From: Utricularia gibba
Lineage: Eukaryota; Plantae; Magnoliophyta
Length of the DNA stretch: 64,000 nt
Reading direction: 5' to 3'
Assembly (NCBI GenBank): GCA_002189035.1
Contig: NEEC01000018.1
Location: 806,001 to 870,000 of the forward strand
The notes beneath the pieces are model-generated. The model saw nothing but the letters and a program-made list of their open reading frames with translations, did no database searches and had not been told where the DNA came from. The position numbers and the translations under genes are program-made. Shown in pieces: positions 38,114 to 50,473 of this stretch (position 1 is its first letter; every line of letters starts with the position of its first letter).

Positions 38114-41100
38114 CTAGTTCTCCTTCCCTTCTTTCCTTCTTCCTGATGCTGAATGGATGGTGTCAACATTCCCTGACTCATTCCATTGATCATCAGTGTT
38201 CCTATCCTTGAGCTGATTATTACCCGCCATGGTGGAGCGCAGTGCTGGAGGCAGTTTCAAGGGAACATCAGCTTCTACTTCGGGTTTCTGTTGTTGCGCA
38301 GGCAGATCAACATTCTGATCTTGAGGCACAGGAGGAGCGGGGACTAGTTTAATTACTGACTTGCGCCATTTTTTCCGGGTGATTGGTTTTGGTACGTTCG
38401 ACCGTGCCTGATACGAGGACAAAAGTTTGATGAAATGCTGCAAGAGTGCATCAACTTACATATGAAGGAGTAACAATTAGCACTTACAAGGTTATTCCCG
38501 ATGTCCGATAATGGCTTCCTGGCAGCGCCGTCATCATTAGTGTTGCGCACCTTCTGAGATAAAGCATTTTGAAGCAGTACTGCGCCTTGGCAAGCAAGTT
38601 CATGACTTTCACCATCTAAATTGACATGAATTTCTCCCGCAGCTTGCTCCACTGCATCCCCAGGGATCGGCTTTTCTCTGTTGCTGCATTTAGAAGGCTC
38701 GCATGAACATGAAAAGACACATATACCTCCTGCAGCTCGACATTCACATCTTGATGTTTTACATGACGAAGTTTTGCTACATGAGCAACAGCATCCTTCG
38801 GTCAAAGACACTTGAGTCGGCTTTTCAGAATCTTTAATTTTCTTGGCTTCCCTTCTGGTCCTTTCTACTGTTAATTCCCACTCATCATCAGAAAGATTGG
38901 AGTGTTCAGTTTGATCATCTTCAGATGTATCCATATCTACCAGAAACTCGCGTTCACTTGCACCATTGCTTGAAATGATGGACTTACGGTGTCCCTACAA
39001 CACCAAATAGAAGTTAAAACGTCTAGTGTAGGGTTCAGACAGGAGTTCAAAATAATGAAATCACCACCAGGGAACCTTAATTCTCAAGTCATATTTATGC
39101 CCGTTTCGGGAACAGAATTCTGGATTTACGTCATGAGATCCATTAAGAGTACTCTCCATCGCCAGTTTCTGTCAGGAGCATTACATAAATAATGTTTTAA
39201 AATCCCAGTAAAACCATGGTGCGTCTGAAATATAAAGAGAATATGACATGACTCACTATTAGTTTCTCTTGGTGGTCGAGCTCAACCTTTTGCTGTTCCA
39301 ATTGCCTTGTTAAATTGACTACTTTTTCTTTCAAATCTCTAACTTCAGAATCCTTATCCCGGCAATCACATTCTCTGTCACTTAGTCGACATCTAAGGAA
39401 GGAAACATAGTAAATCCAATGCTAAATGCCACGTGAAAATCATATGATGCCATTGTTTAGAAAAAAAAAAACCCGCGTGAAAAGACATGGCAGGATACCT
39501 GGAAGATGCAGCAAGGTTAAACAAGAAATCCATTATATGTTTTGCCTCAGCCATGGAACGAACTTGGTTCCACCTTCCCTTGCCATTAAATCCACGTTCA
39601 CACTCTTCTGCTTCAGACAATTGAGATGCCATTGAAACAAGGGCGCTTGAAGATGTGGCAAGCATATTTTCAAGAGCAAAAATCCTTGAGTTCCTTGCAC
39701 CAGGAGACATTGTCTGTGGAAAATCTCTGCAATAGAGGATATTGCCACATTAGAAAATTATTTTCCCCATATAAATTATCACTTTCTTTTCAAAATATGA
39801 TGAGAAAATTAATCACAGAAAGTAAGAAGACATAATCAAGACCTCAGGTTTTGTTGCTTCGCCATTGATACCTCTTCTTTCAGCCTTGCAATCTCTTCAG
39901 CCATTTTAGACCTCCTATGAATAGTAACATAAATGATTAGAAAGTAGGATAATAATGCTAGCATGCCATTTTGATGCAAAGGACTTACTCATTCAGTTGG
40001 CGTTCGTGCTTTGAACGCACCTCGTGTACTCCAACAATAACCTCTAGCTCATGCTCAATATTTCGAGTTAATGCCTTTAGTTGAAAAAAAAAAACGATTT
40101 AAAAGAAAGAAACTCCAAGTTCATTTGACCCAATCCAGAAAGTTGAACGCTTACCTGAACACTCGGACCTTTATTACCTGCTTCAAAGTGACAAATGCAT
40201 GAGTAAATTTCAAAAGCGGCACTTCATGACAATATCCTCTAACCTAACCTGGTGTTTCACGTGAGGCTTTCTTAGATTCTAATAATTCTTTAAGCCGTTT
40301 TGTAGCCATGGCAGCCTCCTCAGTCTTCCGCAGCAAGACCTGCAAGTCCACATGTGTTATATTTAAAACTTAAAAACTACACGATGGATTGGAGAAAACA
40401 AACATCTTTACCTGTTTCTGCCGTTGGTTGAGTGCAAGCAGCTTATGCATCTCGTACTCATTCCTTCTTCCCTCTTTCCTTAGCTGTAAACGATAATGTA
40501 AAATAAAAATAAAAATATACTCAACACTGAGAATTTCCAACATTGCAGTGATCCTCTTTCATAAATGTGTCTTGCAAAGAACCTGAAGCACTTCTTTTTC
40601 CCTAGTTGCTTTCCACAGCCTGAATTGCTCAGATTCTTGTTTAATCTTTTGTTGCAATTGAACCTTAACACACGAGGAGGCAACAATAGCACATTATGAA
40701 ACTGAACCTAGAGACTTGTGTGAAACACTGAAGAAATACTTTTTGAGTTTTTATTCTATGAATCTCATCCTGCAGTCTTTTCGCTGCTTCATCACTTTTT
40801 TGTTTTTGTCGTAGCAGTTGAGCTTGAGCATCCTGCTTCTTCTTCAGTTCAGCCACCTGAGGAGGGCTTGAAGGTTTAAATAAGAATGCAGAAAACTTGA
40901 CTCAAAAGAAAAAATATTTCAACTTACATGGTTCTCAAGAACATTGAGTTTTTGAAGATACTCTTGTTTTATTTTCTGAGCAATGTCACCAGAATTTGAA
41001 GAGATATTGGCGAGACTATTTTTAAGCTCATCAATTTCTTTCTGTAAAGAGAAAGACAACATTGAAGATTGGGTCACACAAAGAAGAATTTGAAGGTACA

Positions 41101-44100
41101 AAAAAACTGTCTACCTGCAAGGCTTTCTTTTGTAATTCCAAATCTTGAACCTTTTTTTCGTAGTGTTGTTTCAGCGTCGATGTATCAGAACCCATAACTC
41201 GCTTCATTTCAGCCTATAGTTGGAAAATACAAAACGAAGAAACAGATTGCATCATATCTTACAACTGTTCCATGCATCCTACAAGTCATATTAGTGGCCT
41301 GAAATACTTTCATTTCTTAGCACACTAGAGAAATAATAAACCTAATACCTATGAACAAAACTGCAAATGCTAAGAAAAATGGCGTGAGAGCATCATGCAA
41401 CATTGATTATGCTTATGACCAGGTACAGAAGACAAAGCATGTGCAATTTTATGCTTAAAATTAAACTACTTTTCAACAGAATAAAGGCTTTATAGGGAAA
41501 GAGACAATAAGGATTAAGGGTATTGGACGACAAGGAGGAAACAGCACTTCAATACACCAAAACTTCCACAATATGTACCTCTTTTTGTTCAAGCCTTTTG
41601 TCCAGTTCTTTGAGTTCTCTGTCCAATTTCTCCTGAAGAGAAGAATGTTCAAGTTCCTTTTCATCAACTTCCGCAACATCTGTGGAAGGTTTTAAAAAGT
41701 AAATATTTCATGCAGGCAGGATTAAAGAAGCAATACTTACTGAATCCATTTGGAAAAAAAAAGGGGGGGAGAAGAGTTGCTAGTGAAGCACATTACCTGT
41801 TTCAAAATGTTGATGGGATTCCATGAGGGAAGAGTTCTCTGTATGAGAATCATCATCCTCACCATCATAACAATCAGCAGAGTACTCAGTCCCTAGATTG
41901 CAAGCACTTTGGATTTTTAAAAGGTCACATTCAAGATTTCTAGAAGCATCAGTTTTCATCAGATCAAGTTCCTGAAATGTGAGCGAACCAATTTTTATGA
42001 AAAAAGATTTAGTGCTTTTTAGATTGTGAATGATAAACTAGGCTACCGGGGATTTAGAATTTGAGTCTGGAAAAAGCCAAAATAAACCTTATTTAACTCA
42101 AGCTCAGTTTCACTCAATGTCTTCCCAAGTTCAGAACCTTTCATCTTCAAAAGAAACCTATCTCGTTCTACCTGAAATGGGCATAGATATTCCAAAATAG
42201 AGAAGCTGTGTCCCAAAATTCAATAGATTCTTTCAAATCACAAGATTTGTTACCAACCTGAGCATCTAAAGCAAGCTTCCTCATGTGTTCATTACTCGCT
42301 TCCAAGACTGATACTTTCTGCTTAAGAATCTGAAGATTAACAGATAGAATGGGTCTTAAATATTGCCAAGCATTATACAAATTTGCACATGAAGTCAATA
42401 ATGAATGTATGCAATGCAAATATGTTTTTTTTTTCTGAATTTTCACAGAACGCGCCAGATTACGTCTGAAGCACGTTCTCTGAACGCACAAATAAACAAA
42501 GTAGATAAACCAGTGTCATCATACTTCAATTTCCTCAGCTGGTGCACAGGACTCCCCACGAAAAAAAAGCAACTCTGTTTGTAATTGTTCAATTTGGCTT
42601 CGCATTCTTTGTATTTGAGCTGCAACAGGGTCATGATTGACCTGCAGCAAAGATGAAAAGACGTCAAACCAATAATTCTTATGATTAAAAACAAACCAGC
42701 CAAATACTGAATGCATACAAATTACACAAAAAATAATATCTTACTATCGCTTTATTCTGAATGTTTCGGGCACGATTTGCATACTTCAATGTGTTAAGTG
42801 TCTCTTCAGTATTTGTGTCAGCTGGGCTGATGCAAGCTGTTTAAAGAAGAGGAAACGTAGAAGAACTGAGTAGTTACACAGCCATCCCCAAAGCAGCCAA
42901 GCTATTTTCTACAATTTCAAATGAAATGGGACAGACTGGGATAAAAGAGCATACCAATCATAATTGTTTTGCTGTTCCCACCAAGAGAATCCTGCAAAAC
43001 ACTCGTCAATACACTTCTAATCCAGAAATATACAATCTATTAAATACTTGCAATAACTTTCGTAAACCATTGCTATTGGAAAAAAAAAAATTAGGATCAT
43101 ATTTTGTACTTGCAAAATGCGGGTTAATTTGCTATCCCGGTATGGAACATGGCCACCATCTTTTCGTTTCTTTTCATCACCTAAAGCACTTATGACATTT
43201 CCAAGTGCCAACAAACCCTTGTTGATGTGAATGCCTAAATGAAAAAACCAAGGAATTGAATCAGCACAGCGATCAAATAGTTAACTAGAGAAAAATGAAC
43301 GCCAGATTTTGAAGTAATATGAACATTGACTTCACATAAAGCATGAATGCCAGTGATCATTAAACGGGAATCAAATAAAAGATACCTCAATTAAAAATTT
43401 TGTAAAATCAAATAGGATCAGCAACATCATAACAATTTGCACAAAACATTACCTTCTTGTAAACGATTACCATCTGCACCCGTTCGTTTTGCCCGCTCAG
43501 ATCCTGCAAGATCCACTAGGTGAAGCTTTGCAAGAAGAACATCATCGACAGAGCCATCTCCAGACGTTGGAGATATTCTCCTTTGCTCCATTAGGATGGT
43601 AAAAATGGCATGAGAGCGACTGTTTAACAAGAAATCGCCAAGTGAGTGAGACTCAAAATGAAAAAAAAAAAGTACTAGGACACCATCTCTAAACAAAGAG
43701 TCTATATAAATACACATCCTGAGAACTAAAAAAAGTCCCCCTAGGAGCAGCATTACATAGATGACGCATTAAAGAGAAGTCAGATAAACAAACCTTGATT
43801 GGCTGTTCATGTTTGTGCTAGCTGTTGCGCGAGTTAGTGATCCCTGCAACAGATACGACGCCATCTCTTCTTTTGTCCTAACCTCTGCCTCGGTCACCCC
43901 AGAGAGTGTGATTTCTCCATTCAACTTTTCTCTGATCTGAATAGGAACTCTTGAAAGCCCAGAAGTTTTTGAATCTAGCAAGTCAAATACCTCTTCCTTG
44001 AAAATCTACAGGTTTAAAGGAGACTTGAAATGCATTAACTCGAGCAGAAAAGTACACTAGGAAGCACAAAAAGAATATAGCACCATATCTGAGAATTAGA

Positions 44101-44721
44101 TGAAGGAAAATGTTTAACTACCTCGATGAAGGAAACTCTAATAAGAAATTCAGTAGACTCCTTCATACTCTCCACCCTAGAGAAAATGCTATCCATGACC
44201 TTAGGTAGCACACCATTTACACGCTCTTCACCATTATAATTGGTGCCCATGGTATAAGTCTTCCCAGAACCAGTCTACACATAAATTTTAACAACAAAGG
44301 TTCGATGAACAATGACACAGTAGGATCAAACCATATTCAAATGATGTGAAAGTCATAGACCTGTCCATATGCAAGCACGGTTCCATTGTATCCGTGAAAA
44401 AAGCCATCAACAAGGGGTGAAACACAATCATCGAAAATTCGTGATGAAGGGTCTCCCTTACTACCATATATGTAATCGAAGGTGAAAGCATGAGACCCTA
44501 TTTGAACCTGTAAGCATCCAATTCCAGAAATTGAAACAATAAAGTAATCGAAAAAGGACAACTACATCAGTTAAGCTAAGCATAAACACATTTAGCGAAG
44601 TTCAAACCTGTTTCTCAGCTGGATAAACAGAAATGCAATCTGTGCAACCCAAGAGAAGCTCGGATGTAACAAGTGGCCTGACATTAACTGCAACCTTTAC
44701 ATTTTGCGAAGACTCGTCCAT
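38114..44721 (-). CDS. KIN4C: Kinesin-4 family chromokinesin KIN-4C (KIF4A-like), 27 exons, ~1202 aa
   Basis: I traced all exons from 44721-44608 to 38407-38114; all are GT-AG and sum to 3609 nt in frame. Motifs: P-loop GQTGSGKT, switch SSRSHAIF and [29 protein letters not shown], coiled coils, [17 protein letters not shown] and the Cys-rich [25 protein letters not shown]. An in-frame ATG at 44730 is an alternative start. Confidence 0.96.
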
Positions 44722-44751
44722 GGGGCGCATATCATGAGAATTCCCGCTACC

Positions 44752-45165
44752 AACAACGGGAAATCCAGTCCTCTTAACCTATGCAGAATAACGAGAATTT
44801 TACCACCGCCTCTACGCCTGTAACCTACACTCCGAATCGGATGTACAGACTCCCTCAAATCTACAAAGGAAAGATGAAACTACCCAAAAAAAACAACCAC
44901 AGCATGTAGAAGAAAAGAAATGTTTTAAGAACAAGGAACAAGATTTCTCACCCTCAAAACCCAATGCCGACGGAATCTGATCAAATGGTGAAGATGCCCG
45001 TTGGATAGCTGAGAAATCCTCTTGGAATACCGCGGAAAATTGAAATGGTAGAGGCAGAGAAAGGCCGAGTGGGAAATCGAATTTCGAATTTCGAATTTGA
45101 CTTGCGCTTCTATTCCCCCGGTATGGGCCAGCTCAGCAAACATTTTCATATACGCTGACTGGGCT
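44752..45165 (-). promoter_or_regulatory. MSA-like (AACGG) and site II elements in the KIN4C promoter/5' UTR
   Basis: TCCAACGG (- strand) at 44998-45005, AACGG at 44755-44759, TGGGCC at 45124 and TGGGCT at 45160. These fit MYB3R-driven G2/M expression of a mitotic kinesin. Confidence 0.5.
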
Positions 45166-45709
45166 TCAACGATCTGTAGACTCTGCTCCCGGCCCAAGAC
45201 AGCCTGCAAACATTTTCCTGGTCGCCTTGTCTTTTTTATTATTATTTTTAAATCCATATATTTGCATTAATTATAATTCTAAAATTTTTATAAGGAATTA
45301 GAAGTGGATTGAGAAGCATGATTAGGTTCCTCCATTTGCATTTACGTTTTTATTACCTTGCTTTAACATTATTTTGTTGATATGGTTACAAGTCACTTTT
45401 TGTCACGTGAAATTTATAATTTTCATAATTTTTTTACATTATTTTATGTTACTTGTAAGACTTCCTCGATTAAACAATTTTGACCCAATTTTGTTGATAT
45501 GTTTCTTCGCGATCGTGTTCTCCTTTGGATTGTTCTTCCCTTTATTCTTTTCTTCTTCTTTTTTCTTTTTCATCTCCTTTAGATATGGTTGTAATTTTTT
45601 TTCTCTTTTTCAACTTTGTAATTTTAGGTTTTCATTCTAGTATACTTATATCAAGATAGAGTCTATTAGACGTGGACATTTAAGATGTAACTTAAAAATA
45701 TACCATTAT

Positions 45710-46894
45710 TGATGGTGATTGTGCAAGTGCACAGAAACCGTCGAAGTAATAAAATAAGATCGTATCCACAGAGAATTGTTATTGGAATTTTCTTTTCAAA
45801 ACAAAGAGTTAAAAAGATTGTAAATAAAAGAAAGATTTGGTTTTTGAAGACAATAAGAAAAGTGGTATTGGATCTAAGATCCACCTTACTTGAAAATCGC
45901 CCTTGCGTGTGTGCAAACCTTGAAGACTAACCTGCTTGCACAAGCTTTGGGGTGTTAACCTAAAGTAGTGCTACTCGGTGACCGTTATAGTACCGTCCCT
46001 TATTTTTGTGGGATTATGGAATCAACCATGCCATCAAAGCCATTTCACCTCTTGTGATAACTCATGTTTTCCCCACACCCAAATCTAACCCTTACACCTC
46101 ACACCTCACACCTCGCAGACAGATTAGACAGAATGTGTCTTACCAACGATGTCTGATTGAGCCCTTCTCCTTAGGTGCTTGAGACCAACCTTTGATTCTC
46201 TCATACTTCCTTACCAAATCATGTTGGTAAAGAAAACGTTGCGAAAAACAGAATCAAACCTTAAATTAAATGCTGAAAAACATAGTAACAAAGTCACACG
46301 TGCAGAACTTGCGCAAACAAGGTTTCACAGCAGATCCTCAGCCGTAAGCACTCACACGCGCATGCTTGACTCTAAACAACAAAAGTTGATGAAAAACAAA
46401 AGTGAAGTAATCCAAAATATGTTAGACTCGACTCTAAACCCTAATTTGACTCTATGGTCGTCCACCACTTGACTCTCTTTTAGGTATTCGCGTTTGGATT
46501 TTTATATAATGGTGGGGATTTGTCGGGCTTTCTTGATGGGCTCACATCAAATCTTCTATCCAAATCTTCTAAGATTTGATACAAATCTTCTAGGATGAGA
46601 TCCAATTTCTTTAAGATAAGATGCGAATCTTATCTTATTCGAGAATCTTTGATCGATTCTTCATCCGGATAGACAAAATCTTAGCTTCCATCAAAGTAGC
46701 TCGAAAATCCTCCAAATTATTCTAAATTCGTACTTAAAAATCACAAAACATACTTTCCTTCCAAAAAGATCAAAGTGCTATAAAAGATATAAAATTCTTC
46801 TAGAAACATAAAGAAAGTGAGAAAAAAAGAATGCAAAACTCATCTAAATGAATCTTAAAAAGCATAAATATAAGTGACACAAAATTATTTATCA
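45710..46894 (-). mobile_element. Athila-like Ty3 solo LTR (1185 bp)
   Basis: Termini are TGAT...ATCA, with a perfect TSD ATTAT at 45705-45709 and 46895-46899. An Athila-type U5 (read in reverse) gtgcaagtgcacag...agtaataaa...gatcgtatccacagagaattg is present. Confidence 0.8.
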
Positions 46895-49800
46895 ATTATA
46901 TTTAAACATATATGATTAGTTCTAGATAGAGATTAAATTACCAATTTAGTCCCCAATTTAAACAAAAGATGAAAACTAAATAAATATTATTAAAAATACT
47001 ATAATTCATTCTAAATCCTAATTTTCAATATAAAAACATATTGATTTTTCTATCTAAAAACTACAAATAATTATATGTTATCAACAATTGGATACTTGAA
47101 AATTACATGCAGAGAGATAAATATATGTATTAATAAAACATAGACTTAAAGTCATTATCTTCCATTATTTTACATTAATTTGTTTCTTTTTGTCGGTTGC
47201 GTTTTTTCTTGTTTTTTATTTTCTGAAAATATGAAATAATCAATTATATGTGAACACAATCTTTATTTACTACTAAGTAGATTTTTTTTTTCTCAATTGC
47301 AGAATTATCATTAAATTCTAATTGTTTGTGTTAGTCTTAATTTGTCCTTTTTTTGTAGATCCATATTTCTTATACCTCCCCCGAATAAAAGTAGAGAGAT
47401 TTGTACCAAATAAACGAGTGAGACACTCCAACAGAAATAAAACATATCATGTTTGAAAATCGGACTGGTTACTAATCAGTATCGTAAACTCAGTCCATTC
47501 CATCGATTTCGGTGATAGTGTTTTGTTTTTTCTATTATATATGAAAAAAAATTAAAAATATATATATTGACCAATGAGACTTGGATTTGACCGGTTCAAA
47601 TCGGACTTCATATCAAATCCATACTTGGAAGTTGTAACCGAATTCCAACACAGTGGAAACGTGGATGGCCAAATGTCGTTAATATTTCATTAGTTAATAG
47701 AATGATGGAGTGCGCAGTTAGCAGTTGGTGTGACATCTCAACCACCAAATAATACAAAATAGAATAATTATATTCTCGTGTCCGTTGATGGGGAAAAAAT
47801 TTGGCAAACACGTTAAAAAATGAGCATTCCTTTTTAGAAGTGATTTTTCGATTTTCGAAAAGAAATTTCAAGAATATTTGAAGCATTTTTTTAACCATGA
47901 AACTCAATTTTGCAATTAAGATTTCGATAGATCAAGAATATAAGTATACAATAAACGTAAATTATGTTAAAAAAAAGATTAGATCTAATGGATTATTAAT
48001 GATTTTAATTTTTTATATTTTTCATTATTTCATTTATGTAATTTCTTGTTTTAATAGTCAGTTGTGGTACAATGGCCCGGATTCAACGTGAGGACCATGA
48101 GGTGGCAGGGGATAAGCCCTTGTGACGAAAACAAAGGCAGGCACATGCCATGGCCCCATGGCTGTTAGCCATGTGCATCATCGCATACAGGAGGGTATAT
48201 ACATTACATTGTTTTGTAATGTATTTTGGAACAATGATAGGGCCAAAGCTAGCAATATATTCATTCCCTATTGGGTCCTAGATGCAGTGCAGTATGGCGC
48301 AGTCATGGGTTTCCAATATTGAGGATTCGGGAATCACATCATTATTAAAATGAAGATGGAATCGATAAACATGAAATTCAAATATATAATAAATATAAAT
48401 TATATTAAAAAAATTAAATTTAATGAATTATTAATAATTTATAATTTTTTTATATATTTAATTATTTTATTTTTAAATTTCGATGTGAAATTATTTATTC
48501 TAATAATTATCAATACAATGAATATAGTTTGGAGGAGTCATTACAAGGAGTCTACACCCTACTAAAATTACAAGAAATCCAAGGTCGATGCGGGGGAATG
48601 GTTGGTGGCTGGACAAAGCATCACACCAAGCTCAAGACTAGGGATTGTTGTTGTCATGACGGTCGCTTTTTCCTGTGGATGTCGTGTTTGGTCCTCCAAA
48701 AGGACCCCCCAACTTTTGTCACCAGTTGATGGAAAACACAAACCGATAATAGAGTCTTTGGTGTTTTGTGGAAATTGATAGATCAAAAACTGTCATACCA
48801 CATAGGACATAAATTTATCACCATCTCGGACAAAATTTTAGAAAATCAAACCTAACAAGATTTGAAAGCAGTGAGAAAATAATCAAAATTGGAAGCAAAA
48901 AAAAAAAAAAAATCCACTGTCAATCTACTTGAACAAATCCAAGGGAGGTCCCATGAGTAAGAATTGAATGAAAGAACATGAATGATTAAAAAAAATTATC
49001 AAGAAAAATTGAGGGGACAAATCTATCTTAATATGATATTAGAAAGTAGCTCCAATTAATACGTCTAAATAACATCACTCTACTTTCTATCTCGTTTTAA
49101 AAATATTAAGTGTTTAAAAATCCTAAATTCATAATCTCTTTTTCTAAATCATCAAAACATTACAAGAAAATATGATTTTTCTAATAATAGAATCTAGAAT
49201 AATAAACACATCCTTTGAGTGATGATGAATTTATGGATGGATGTAGAGTTGTAATCAGTTATGATTTCGATTCAAGATTTTGATTTTTTGTACAATTTCA
49301 TGAGCCTTATGATTTCATATTGATTCATTATTTTTGGAATCGAAAAATTGTGGTTCCAACTATTGGAACTAATTTTTCGAAATCCACGAAGTTTTGGTTT
49401 CAATCATTCACATGAATTACTATAGGTGCTTGAAAAAAATTGTAAAAAAAACATTTTTTTCTAAGATACTTATATATTTTAAATGATTGAAACATTTTTA
49501 TAATAGTTTTCAAACATTTATATGAATCATTATGAATAATTGAATTTTTTTTAAAAAAAAAATTATAGTTCTTAAGTACCCATAATAACTCATGTGGGGT
49601 TGTGAAAAAAAATGACATTTTTGAAAGTATTTATAGACATTCATATGAATCGTTAAATGTGTTTGAAAATATTTATTTTTATTTTTAAATTAATTTTGAG
49701 TACTCAAAATCACGGCTCTAAGTGAAATCGTATGGTTGGATTTCAGATTTATGATTTTGATTTCGAACTCAAATGGAATTTGACATGGAACTGTGATTTA

Positions 49801-50473
49801 TGAATCATATGTTTTATGAAACTAATTAATTCCAAATCAGTCACAACATTAGCAGGATGGATGACTTGTTGCATGTTGATTCCTTGATGTTGAGTAACTC
49901 GCAACTTGTGAGTTAGAGTTAGATCACATGATGAGACAGCAATATAACTGGTAACTTTCTAGATGGGTATCATGTCACAACGTTGAACAAGTTGCAGGTA
50001 TGTTGAGGATAGTGACAATTGACGGGTGATTTTGAAATAAATGCTCCTCAACTAACACAATTAATTGCATATTCCCCCCCCCTGGCCCCTCTTCTATTAT
50101 TCATTCATTCATTGGGCGTATTTTATTCCACAAAATCTCATGGATCAAATATAAACAAATGAATATATATATTTTTTGCATTAAATTAATAGAAAATAAT
50201 GCAACAAGCTCGTGGAGTTGTTCTGGAAAATAGTCACATCTACTTTATCTCACATTTATTAAATCCAAATTGTAACACTAAAATTATTTTTGAAATAAAC
50301 TTCTATTTTTAGAAAATTAATTTTATAACAATTTCAATATAATATAGAAAAGAAAAGTGATATTAAATTAACCATATTCCTACTTGTATACTTCACTCCA
50401 AAGTGGGCCCTTTGCCATTGATTACATGGGACCCACTTTTCTCCCTGGGAGTAAATTGATGGTTGAGTGGTCG

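Noticed and set aside
41761-41971. Apparent stop codon in KIN4C exon 12
   Set aside because: Base-by-base re-reading gives an open frame (...[16 protein letters not shown]); the stop is in another frame.
45075-45098. (TCGAATT)3 repeat as a heat-shock element upstream of KIN4C
   Set aside because: GAA and TTC are spaced by 1 nt, not the 2 nt required for nGAAnnTTCn.
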